From: Octopus bimaculoides
Lineage: Eukaryota
Assembly: GCF_001194135.2 (NCBI RefSeq)
Contig: NC_068981.1
Coordinates: forward strand, 171,206,799-171,240,488
Direction of reading: 5' to 3'
DNA: 33,690 nt
Both the position numbers and the translations under genes were made by a program. The notes below the pieces were generated by a model. The model saw only the letters and a list, made by a program, of their open reading frames with translations. It did not search any database and had not been told where the DNA came from. Every line of letters begins with the position of its first letter. The stretch's first letter is position 1. Shown here piece after piece: positions 1 to 9,935 of the stretch.

Positions 1-244
1 ATATATATATATATATATATATATAATAAATGTACACAAACTTATGCAAATATTTTGTGCGTATGTATATGATATATTTGTGTGCGTGTGGTGTGTGTAT
101 GTGCGCTGCCACATTCACACACACATGTTACGGTATATATGTGTGTCTGTGTAAATGCGTGTGTATATGGTGTGGTATGTGTGTGTGCGTGTGTGTGTGG
201 GTGTGTGTGCATGTGAGTGACGTCGACGAGGATTCTCACTGATC

Positions 245-496
245 TGATCAACAAATAGCTTGCTCGTGACATTAACGTGTAAGTGGCTGAGCACTCCACG
301 GAACGTAGTCCTGAGAGAGATTCAACTTGACACAGAATGTGACAAAGCTGGCCCTTTGAAGTACAGGTATTACTTATTTCTGCCAGCTGAATGCAGTGGA
401 GCAACGTGAAATAAAATGTTTTGCTGAAGGACACAATGCGCCGCTGAGAATTGAACTCACGACCTTACGATCGGGAGCCGAATACCCTGACCACTG
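245..496 (-). mobile_element. tRNA-derived SINE fragment (family C in this window)
   Basis: The minus strand reads CAGTGGTCAGGGTATTCGGCTCCCGATCGTAAGGTCGTGAGTTCAATTCTC. This is a tRNA-like head with A-box and B-box (446-460), followed by TTGTGTCCTTCAGCAAAACA, which resembles the conserved central segment of metazoan SINEs. Confidence 0.75.
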
Positions 497-530
497 TCAC
501 TTTTTTTTCTGTTATATTTCACTCTTCATG

Positions 531-536
531 TGTATG

Positions 537-582
<46 letters not shown>

Positions 583-594
583 TATGTATGTATG

Positions 595-693
<99 letters not shown>

Positions 694-735
694 AGAGAGA
701 TATGGAGAGAGAGATAGAGAAAGAGAGAGAGATAC
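531..735. repeat. Compound microsatellite (TA)n/(TATG)n followed by (GA)n
   Basis: Read directly from the sequence; it generates the YIYI/ERER pseudo-ORFs. Confidence 0.97.
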
Positions 736-841
736 ATCTGTACATATGTCCGGCATTCACCATGATAGATCGCTGATCACTCTCCTTTTTTCTCTCCTTT
801 TTTCTCTCTCCTTGTTTCTCTCCCTATTTCTTTCTGTTTTC

Positions 842-877
842 TTTTCTGTTGCAGAGCGTAGGCTCGAAACGTTAAAG
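842..877 (+). other. Degenerate hammerhead-like motif in a short repeat
   Basis: CTGTTGC-A-GAGC[GTAG]GCTC-GAAACGTT-AAAG. Stem II, GAAA and a palindromic ACGT are intact, but the CUGANGA core is mutated. Confidence 0.35.
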
Positions 878-1562
878 ACTTTCTCTATTCCCGAGAATAC
901 ATCTATTTGTTGTGTACACCACCTATCTTCATCTGTTGTTTTTTTAGTGAATTCTCCCTATACATACATATATATATGTGTATATACATATGTATGTGTG
1001 TATGTATGTATTTATGTATGTGTCTATGTCAAAACGACTGCTTGATAAGTATTCAAGAAATCATTTAGATTATTAATCAATTGTTTAACTGGTATACTAA
1101 CGAGACAGAAACAGAACTGGTGTGAACGTGTATTTCTAAATAGGCCTTTATTTCCCAGATCATTTTACATTATCACTACATTTCTTTTGCAATTTCATAA
1201 ATTTGCTCTCATTGTAAATAACTAACATTCTTATATTTTTTATAAATCAAACATTTATATTTTCATATTAATTTGTGCTTTAAAATGTATATAAACGAGA
1301 ATAATGTAATTCATATGAGGAATTAGATAAATATTAATATATATGTTGAATAGTGATTGTAAAGAAACTCCAATATTTCCCAATCATTTCCTATCTTCAG
1401 ATCTCTTGAACATCTTACAATACGAACATGACCTTTGAAGAAAATTTTATTTATATAAAGACATACAAGAACGCAATACACACACATGTATGTGTGTGTG
1501 TGTGGAGAGAGTGAATGGAAGAGCAAAGAGAGAGTGAGAAAGAGAGGGTGATATATATAAAT

Positions 1563-1591
1563 ATAGATAGGTAGATAGGTAGGTAGGTAGG

Positions 1592-1658
<67 letters not shown>

Positions 1659-1712
1659 GTACGTGCATGCATGCATGCGTACATACATACATACATACAT
1701 ACATACATACAT
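1563..1712. repeat. Compound (GGTA)n/(GATA)n/(GCAT)n/(CATA)n microsatellite
   Basis: Read directly from the sequence; it abuts the LINE fragment. Confidence 0.97.
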
Positions 1713-1713
1713 C

Positions 1714-2435
1714 TGATAGCCTAGAATACATGCCCAAAGAAGTCGCACGACTCTACCGCAACGTATCATCAGATGAAAGGATGAGCCTATATGGGAAGAA
1801 GACTATGCATGGATATGTTAGTAGAAAGCTCCGAGATTATAGTAATATCGATCATCAAAGCAGCTTATTATGGACCAATAGCCGGATTACTACCTCCCAC
1901 TTTGAAGGGTATACGTTTGCAATCCAGGAACAGGAAATATCAACCAAGTACCTCATACACAAAAGAGACAGAGATACAAGAAAAGCCGTAAAATGTGACA
2001 ACCGATGCAGACTTTGTGGAGTTCACCCTGAAGATATCACCCACATCATAAGCAGTTGTCTGGAAATGTCATCACGGTTTTATCTACCGATGAGATATGA
2101 TGTTGTAGCTAGGACACGCTATAATGAAATCCGTTGGAAGGATAACCCCGAGAACAAAGAAATAAGAATCCAGAGTATGGTAGAAACCATAGCCACTCAT
2201 AACAAAATGGAGTACTGGTGGGATTTCCCAGTGAAGACCTCACTAAAATGTAAGCACAACAGATCTGATATAATGATTTGGGATAGAGAAAAGAAATTAT
2301 GTACAGTTGAGGAAATTAGCTGCCCAGCGGATGCTAACATAAAGCTGAAGATCGGTGAAAAAGAGAGCATTTATTCTCAACTATTGAAAACTTTGCTGTT
2401 ACTCTATCCAGATTACAAGTTCATGTTTATACCTG
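1714..2435 (+). mobile_element. RLE-type non-LTR retrotransposon fragment (R4/Dong-like): CCHC zinc knuckle plus restriction-like endonuclease, truncated at both ends
   Basis: ORF 1667-2488 carries EGYTFAIQEQEI, the CCHC motif CRLCGVHPEDITHIISSC, RYD (RHD-like) and HNRSDIMIWD...CTVEEISCP (PD-(D/E)xK-like, with P>S). Similarity to the family stops at about FIPV. The clade assignment is from remembered motif patterns. Confidence 0.85.
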
Positions 2436-3769
2436 TACATCAAATCAATAGTGGACTTTGTCCATCTTCGATGGTTTGTGATGCATAAGCAACCCTTTTC
2501 AGGTATATTACATTTGCAATTTACAAAAATAGGAATCGTAAATTGATTTAATAAAGAAGAATACCCTTCCTAATAAAACGTCAAAATGATTAGGATTTAC
2601 AAAGAAGTCAGCGACTTGCGTTTATTTTAAAATATGTAAACAAAATAACATCCACTAATAGGAATGAATTTCTATAAATTTCATACAATACACATAAATT
2701 GAGTGCAAAACAAGTTAAAGAAATTTTCAAAAGTTATACATTTACCTTAAGCGGTGCTGTATGAATAAGAAGTGCTGTGTGAAATTTCTTTTGAAAGATT
2801 TATCGTTGCAAATCTATTAACAGTTTCTTATATGAAGCTATGTAACGCGTGATTCGAACCATTTCATCAAATGTATATATGAGAATCTTCTAACACAATA
2901 ACTAACGGAGCGTAACCGCTGGCTTTTAATATTCTGAAAGAAAATAGTTAAGATACCAGCCAGGCAAACAGAATCGAACAATTCTATAATTATTGGAATC
3001 ATACTGTATTATGAATTCAGTGCGTAGACCTTTACATTGCCATCTGTAAACTTGTTCATTCAGAAGAGATGACAGTCAGTGAAAACAAAGATAAAAAAGA
3101 AGAAAAGTTGCGAACGTAAAGTTTTCATTCGTTGAAAACTTTATTATTTCTGAGAGCATATCTTCATTGCTTTTATTTATAAGTTACAACATGGTGGCAC
3201 GAAGCTCAATGAACACATTGAACGACCTCGTACTCACCTATTTTCATGTCAGGTTTTGGCTTTGTGACAAGCAAATCCATAGAGAAGAGAATACTAAATG
3301 AATTATGTCCCGACCAAAAGGAAATAGATTTAGAATGATCCTGCTGGATACCTTCAATATACATTCAGGATAATGATATATCAATCTGACAGTTTCAGGA
3401 TTCTAAAGAAGAACATTTAATTAACATTAAGCAATATTCACCTCTGTTATAGCCATCTCTACCACAAAGAATACAAATCTCTACACAAAGAATCACACAA
3501 TGAAGATGCATCCATTCATTTGTATATTGTTTGTTAAACATTCATATGTATATTATGTATGTGTGGCCAAATCTGCCTCTCTATGTCTGAACAGCATTCT
3601 AGAATATGTATGTTGGGTGTAATATATACATGTATATGGCGGTTTATATGCATCAGTGCGACTTATAAATATATACTTTTGTCTAAGAATGTCTTTATAT
3701 CACATGTACATGGATATGTAAGGGTGTAAGTGTAAGTTTACACACACAGACACATGCTCACATAAATCC

Positions 3770-3801
<32 letters not shown>

Positions 3802-3973
3802 CAATAAGAAAATGGAGGGGAATAGGTGATATTCATCAACTTGTAGACATTGTCTTGTGCCAATTTACTTCTTTATTTGTTTACTAAAAGGACAATAATA
3901 ACAATATACAAACACATACGACATATTATGTCACATCAGTAATTAAAAAAGGACATATAGTGGTCACAATAGT

Positions 3974-4174
3974 ATCATACTACTACTATTTAGTCCTAGG
4001 AAGTCATGCTACTCCAGGCTGATGACGAGCAAAAACTCAGAAACATGTCCTTGGATGCAGGCTTGGCTGGGTGGGGGAGCTTGCCTCCCCTTCGTAAACA
4101 TAAGGACAGAGGAAATGTGTCAAGGCCGACAGGAAGCGGTGCTGCTTTCTAGGGCTAAATAGCAGTAGTATGAT
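3974..4174 (+). mobile_element. About 200-bp module with 26-bp terminal inverted repeats enclosing a hammerhead ribozyme (retrozyme/Penelope-derived or MITE-like)
   Basis: 3974-3999 ATCATACTACTACTATTTAGTCCTAG versus the reverse complement of 4149-4174, ATCATACTACTGCTATTTAGCCCTAG (24/26). The interior is GC-richer than the flanks. Confidence 0.65.
4013..4055 (+). ncRNA. Minimal type I hammerhead ribozyme motif
   Basis: Stem I TCCAGG(4013-18)/CTTGGA(4050-55); core CTGATGA (4019-25); stem II GAG/CTC with loop CAAAAA and a C.A closing mismatch; GAAA (4040-43); stem III from palindromic ACATGT; GUC cleavage triplet with predicted cut after 4049. Confidence 0.75.
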
Positions 4175-4349
4175 TCCCTTATTGGGACTGTCACGTTAAG
4201 TTGACAGTATATAACTACTTTATCGTATCACTACTGCTTAAGTCTCTCTGAGAGATTTAGAAATGTATCATTTCTAATATATATATATATATATATATAC
4301 TGCATATATAAATGATTGTGTGTGTATTTATATTTATATATATTTCTTT

Positions 4350-4527
4350 TATTTCCTTTACTTGTTTCAATCATTTATTTGACTGCGGCCATGCTGGAGC
4401 ACCACTATTAGTCGAACAAATCGACCCCAAGACTTATTCTTTGTAAGCCTAGTACTTATTCTATGGGTATTTCTTGCCGAACTGCTAAGTTACTAGGATG
4501 TAAACACGCCAACATCGGTTGTCAAGC
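4350..4527 (-). mobile_element. SINE family A, 3' half
   Basis: Clearly homologous to 23618-23775 (GACTGCGGCCAT...TAGTCGAA...AAGCCT-GTACTTATTCTAT...GCCGAAC-GCTA...GTTGTCAAG); it stops at a GATA tract. Confidence 0.85.

Positions 4528-4529
<2 letters not shown>

Positions 4530-4599
<70 letters not shown>
4530..4599. repeat. (GATA)n microsatellite
   Basis: Read directly from the sequence. Confidence 0.98.
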
Positions 4600-5039
4600 C
4601 GTATTTATTCTAGCAATGTTGATGAGTGAAACTCAGGCGGTTAAATTCCACACAACACTTTTTAAAATCACAGTATATAGAATACTGTACAACGCTTTAT
4701 TATCCTCACTCTCCAGTTATATCAAATCAGCAGGAAAAAAGTCAGCAATAGCAATTGCTGCAACAACAGACAAGGGAATACGAATGAAAAGAGATAGCAA
4801 TAAATTAATATCAGTTTATACATTCATGCCGGAAAGGAAATCTGCGTAAGAAAATATTTCAATATAGTAATAAAGAATGCAAAGAAAAAACAGTATAGAC
4901 ACATAAAAATAAAATGACTTCCAGCGTAGACCATTAAAAAAACACATTTTTGTCATTTCCAGCAATACCAAACTATGGACCTCATTACATGCAGAAGAAA
5001 GGAAAAGCTGTCAGAATGGATAAAGATGACAAAATGTTA

Positions 5040-6034
5040 TCTGAAAACAATGAAATAAATTTCCTCGGGGGTAAAGGTACTGGTTTCGTGCAAAGCTATG
5101 TTCCTTCTTTAATCGAGACTCGGTGATTCACCTCAACAGCCTATTAGTTACTAATCAGTAAATGAAACCAAGAATATATTAGCATCTCAGAATGCTAGCT
5201 TCTTATGTCAATGTCTATCAAATATAAAGATTCTCTAAAGATCTGAATAAAAGGAAATTGAAAAAAAAAAGAAAGAAAGACTATTATGCAACTTAAAAGA
5301 AATACAGACAACATTATTGAAAACTCTAGACCAAAGAACTTACTTGAATTATTGATTTCTTTACCTTGGTAGAAGGCCATATTCACATTGTAGTTGTATA
5401 TAAACCAATGAATCCACACCAGAATATTAATGGTTGTTATTTTATTGACCCACGTGGGACTGAATTTCAGGAAATTGCAAGAATAAGTATAAAGCTAAAT
5501 TCTGTATAATATTTAGTTGACTGTTACACGGTTTCTGCTTATATCATGATATTCTAACGTCTGTTCCACGGTACAACCGTTGCTGAATCTACCTTTTCAT
5601 TCTTTTTTCTTTTTTTTTCTTTCTGTTTCTGCATCATGGCTTAAACTAAATAAACTCATGATTCATTGCGTCATTTTCCGTTTTATGTTTTACGTTCCTG
5701 AAATTTTTTGAAGCATTTTAACAATAGTAAACTCTCAAATATGTTTGATAGTGAATTAGTCTTTATACTACACTTTTTTTTACTTTCCAAAGTAAATGAT
5801 ATCTTATCTGCGAGATACATGGTAAGTAAGGAGTTAATTTCAACAGAGATTCGTATCTTATAATCGGCTAATGAGATCATTTGGCTATGCACACTGAACT
5901 CCTGAACTCTACTAGTTTCCAGCATAAACTAAATTCTTGATCTGAAAACAATAAAATAAATCCCCTTGAGGTGATTCACCTTAACAGCCTATTAGTTACT
6001 TATCAGTAAATGAAACCAAGAATATATTAGCATC
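5040..6034 (+). repeat. Pair of dispersed direct repeats (65 bp, 63/65 identical, plus a 21-bp upstream block)
   Basis: 5122-5186 versus 5970-6034; 5040-5060 versus 5941-5961 (20/21). Confidence 0.9.
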
Positions 6035-6040
6035 AGGAAC

Positions 6041-6159
6041 ATTGGCACATATTTTAGGTTGAGCGGATGTAGTCGATGGAATCCAATCCATTACTTGACC
6101 GGCGCTTATTTAATCGAGACTCCGGTGTAGGATGAAACGCAATGCCGACCTCAAATTTA
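6041..6159 (-). mobile_element. Degenerate SINE family B fragment
   Basis: Weak similarity to 7014-7150 (TTGGCACA...AGTCGAT...CTTATTT-ATCGA...GGATGAAA...GACCTC..AATTT). Confidence 0.5.
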
Positions 6160-6796
6160 ACATGTATTTTGTATATAGGTCGTTATCGAACAAAACTCAG
6201 AACAACTATAGGCTAAGTGTTATCATACATCGTATGTGTCTTTTGTGTATGTCTCTATATATGACATTTGTTTTTCTCAAGTAATATGTACTAGTTGCTC
6301 AGTATACGTTGAATGCTTTCTCGATTGCTTTCTATTGGCAGGCTTCTATAGCACCATCTTTGCAACTTAATATGTGACCAGTAAACCAAAAGCAATTTAT
6401 CTTCATCGGAGCTTCATTACTATAAAATTCGTGATCCGTTTTCTGTTTCCCCCACAAATTCATCTAACGTTGCTGGTAGTACATGGACTATCAACCCGTT
6501 ATATAGGGTTTTCTTGGCGTCCATGTTTCAGCCCTATATATCAGCTTACTGACTACTGTTGCCCAGAAGATAATATGTTTCATATCTCAGTTTGCATTAA
6601 CAGCCATAGAATAGTTATTTTATATGATGTTGACCAAGCTTGAGCTATACGTGCATGAATGTATTTTCCTGCATTTGTTAAACAGTAACCGAGATATAGG
6701 AAATCTTTCACTTCTTTAAGTTGGTGCACTTCTGTGTTAATGATGCAAGTTATTTAAGACGGATGAAACACAGATCTTGTCACGATACCGTACTGA

Positions 6797-6996
6797 TTCG
6801 AAATTTGGTAGGAGGGTAGCAATTATGAGAGAAGGAGCAAATCAATTGCATCGAGCCTAGTGCTTGAACGGTACTTAATTTACCGACGCCGATAGGATGA
6901 ATAGCAGAGCCTACGTGGCAGAATTTGAACACAGAACCTAAAGATCCAGAAGAAATGCCGTTAAGCATTTAGTATGACGCGCCAGCTTGTCACCTT
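6797..6996 (-). mobile_element. SINE family B, older diverged copy
   Basis: Colinear with 7014-7228 and with the reverse complement of 25708-25898; B-box-like AATTTGAACAC. Confidence 0.75.
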
Positions 6997-7013
6997 CAGA
7001 AATGAGGTAATAA

Positions 7014-7228
7014 AGGTTTCAAATGTTGGCACAAGGTCAGAAAATTCGGGAGAGGGGATAAGTCGATTACATAGATCCCAATAATCAACTGATACTTATT
7101 TTATCGACCGCAAAAGAATGAAAGTCAAAGTCAACCAGGACAAAATTTGAACTCAAAACGTAAAGGCGGACGAAATACTGCTAAGCATATAGACCGACGT
7201 GCTAACGATTATGTCAGCTCGCGGCCTT
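7014..7228 (-). mobile_element. SINE family B, near full-length, with target-site duplication
   Basis: tRNA-like head on the minus strand (AAGGCCGCGAGCTGACATAATCGTTAGCAC...GAGTTCAAATT). It is flanked by ATGAGGTAATAA at 7002-7013 and 7232-7243. Confidence 0.85.
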
Positions 7229-7448
7229 GAGATGAGGTAATAATGATGTCGAAATGTAGTAGCTGAAATAATTAGTCAATGATTAATATTAGTTTTTACC
7301 TGAACGCACACAGATTTCTAGTTAGCTTTGTAGTGCTGGAGCGTTAAAAAGTATTAAAACAAAATTCAGCTAGATCGGTATAGATTTAGAGAATAAGAAT
7401 AGAAAAACATACAGGGAGATATACATTGAGAGAAATGTTGTTCGATAA

Positions 7449-7450
<2 letters not shown>

Positions 7451-7514
<64 letters not shown>
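7451..7514. repeat. (GATA)n microsatellite
   Basis: Read directly from the sequence. Confidence 0.98.
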
Positions 7515-8387
7515 GACTGGAAAGATAGACATACAGACGATTGGAAAGATAGACAATGGTATCATCTGAAAGAAATAGTTATACATTCCCAAGTAATATA
7601 TATTTTATACTTGATGTGAACTACAATTGCAAAACATAATTCATGGAATTGGGAAATAATTGCGCCATTATANNNNNNNNNNNNNNNNNNNNNNNNNNNN
7701 NNNNNNNNNNNNNNNNNNNNNNNNNNNNNNNNNNNNNNNNNNNNNNNNNNNNNNNNNNNNNNNNNNNNNNNNNNNNNNNNNNNNNNNNNNNNNNNNNNNN
7801 NNNNNNNNNNNNNNNNNNNNNNNNNNNNNNNNNNNNNNNNNNNNNNNNNNNNNNNNNNNNNNNNNNNNNNNNNNNNNNNNNNNNNNNNNNNNNNNNNNNN
7901 NNNNNNNNNNNNNNNNNNNNNNNNNNNNNNNNNNNNNNNNNNNNNNNNNNNNNNNNNNNNNNNNNNNNNNNNNNNNNNNNNNNNNNNNNNNTATATATAT
8001 ATATATATATTCATGTTGATGGAAAAATAACTATGATTACTTTTTTCACTGCCTCAAGGGCAAAATTAATATAAAATATTAAAGTACACTGCTGAATATG
8101 GATATTTTGTTAAGGAACATATATTAAGTAAACAGTAAATGTCAATATTCACAATACACAAATGATACAAATACACTCATATATATAAGTATACATATGT
8201 ATAAGTGTCTGCATGTGTAAGCACACATAAAAGTACATACATAATCCTCACACACATATATACACACATACGCACACACACATCCAAACGTATATATATC
8301 GATGGAGGACTAACGTGTAAGGGAGTTTATGTGAAAGACGGTGAATAGAGAGCCTTGTATAAATACACAAAACAAACACACAGACAG

Positions 8388-8723
8388 TGTCACGTGACAA
8401 CTAGCTGGGGCTGCCTGCTGGAACCTAGCAGCAGATATAAAAAGGGGAACTTGACATGACGATCAGTCGGACGCTGACACTCGTTGATGCTGCATCGAAG
8501 AGGCCAGGGAATAGAAGAAAGAAGACATGCACCCAACACCAGAGCTGAAGACCCCTCCGAAAGGAGGGGCCCCGCCACGTCAAAACGGTAGAGGAGTAGG
8601 GGCCGAAACCGGACGTGGTTCCTCCTGATGATGTCTTGAGCTAACTGGATCCTATAAAGGAGCTGTTGTGGTAGCAGACCACGAAACATGGTTGAAATTC
8701 CTCACGTATATGTGGGTACAACA
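8388..8723 (+). mobile_element. GC-rich structured repeat fragment (LTR-like or Penelope terminal-repeat-like)
   Basis: There is an abrupt GC rise. It begins with the palindrome TGTCACGTGACA and contains TATAAA-like motifs and several hairpins. No TSD was found. Confidence 0.35.
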
Positions 8724-8770
8724 CACTCTGTATGCTTCTCTTTTTCTTTCTTTCTTTCTTTCTTCTCTCT

Positions 8771-8774
<4 letters not shown>

Positions 8775-8807
<33 letters not shown>

Positions 8808-8995
8808 TACATACATATATATACACGCACACATACACACATACACACAAATGCACACATACATAAGAACATACATAGATACATACATATATATATTTAT
8901 ATAACACACATATACACATATATGTATGCATTTATATATATGTGAGCATTTGTGTGTGTTTGTATGTGTATTTGTGTGTGTGTGCATTTGTGAGT
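8775..8995. repeat. Mixed (TA)n/(CA)n/(TG)n low-complexity tract
   Basis: Read directly from the sequence. Confidence 0.93.
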
Positions 8996-9790
8996 GGGTA
9001 TGTGCATAACGAAACTATGCTAAAAGAAATAACTTAAAATAGCCAATGGCATGCATTTGAACAACAAAGACGAACTATAGTTTAAATAAAATAGAAGATA
9101 CATTCAAATTTTCCCTGCTTCCAGAGTGTGTTGTGCATTTGGTTGTTGGCAATTGGGACCAACTCCAAATAAGAACGGGGAGATAATCACAAGAAATAAC
9201 ATATTTCCAAATTTGACGAGCATTTTGGAAATGTAAGCCCCATATTTTGCAGAGAACGAGGCGCTTTGGAATGTACTTCCCCATTAATCTGTACAGCTCT
9301 TTCCCTACCTCATCTTCAGAAGACGAGAGATGTAGACAAATAAAAAATAAAAACAGTAGAATGCGTGTATGTACAAGATAACCTTCTTGAATGAGATCTT
9401 GCCTGTGAGAAATAGCTCAGAATAGTCAAATCTCATGTTAGATATAACGAAGATCTTTTAAAATTGATTTTGCATCCAGGGAATGCAGAGAAATCATTAT
9501 GAACTCAGAAATTACACCCAATTCGTGAAAGTCTGGTTTTCTAAATCAAAAAGCAAAATGAGAACTGCTCGACGTACATACTTCTACCTCATTGGGAGTC
9601 ATCGGCACAGTAGCTATCATACAGTATCTAGCAAACTGGAAATTCTGACAAATACACAAAAAAACGATAAATACAACAAAGACTTCCTAATGGCCTACGT
9701 AATATTTTTGAAATATCTCGAAATGGCTAATGGCATATATGTCCGTGTAAATGTATATATGTGCATGGGGGTGATTACCGTACAAAGTTT

Positions 9791-9791
9791 C

Positions 9792-9823
<32 letters not shown>

Positions 9824-9935
9824 GCATATATATGTGTGTATATATATATATATGTATACATACACAGACACATACATATCTATACATGCATATATATGTA
9901 TGTATATATATATACATACATACATATATATGTAG
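9791..9935. repeat. Mixed (TA)n/(TG)n/(CA)n low-complexity tract
   Basis: Read directly from the sequence. Confidence 0.93.

Noticed and set aside
446-496. tRNA-like A/B boxes here and at 7150-7228, 23945-24000 and 25100-25165 as tRNA genes
   Set aside because: There is no complete cloverleaf, and each is fused to a SINE body shared among copies.
1385-1402. Minus-strand CTGAAGA-TAG-GAAA
   Set aside because: Only 3 nt lie between the core halves, so no stem II is possible.
1563-7514. Three GATA arrays as a regularly spaced system (1563, 4530, 7451)
   Set aside because: The roughly 2.9-kb spacing rests on only three points and the flanks are unrelated; GATA repeats are common in this type of genome.
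8390-8689. 99-aa minus-strand ORF
   Set aside because: No recognisable domain; explained by the higher GC of a repeat fragment.
9286-9319. Minus-strand CTGAAGA...GAAA spacing
   Set aside because: The intervening bases cannot form stem II, and stems I and III are absent.
9075-9330. 69-aa minus-strand ORF as an exon
   Set aside because: No recognisable homology and no coherent acceptor/donor pair.
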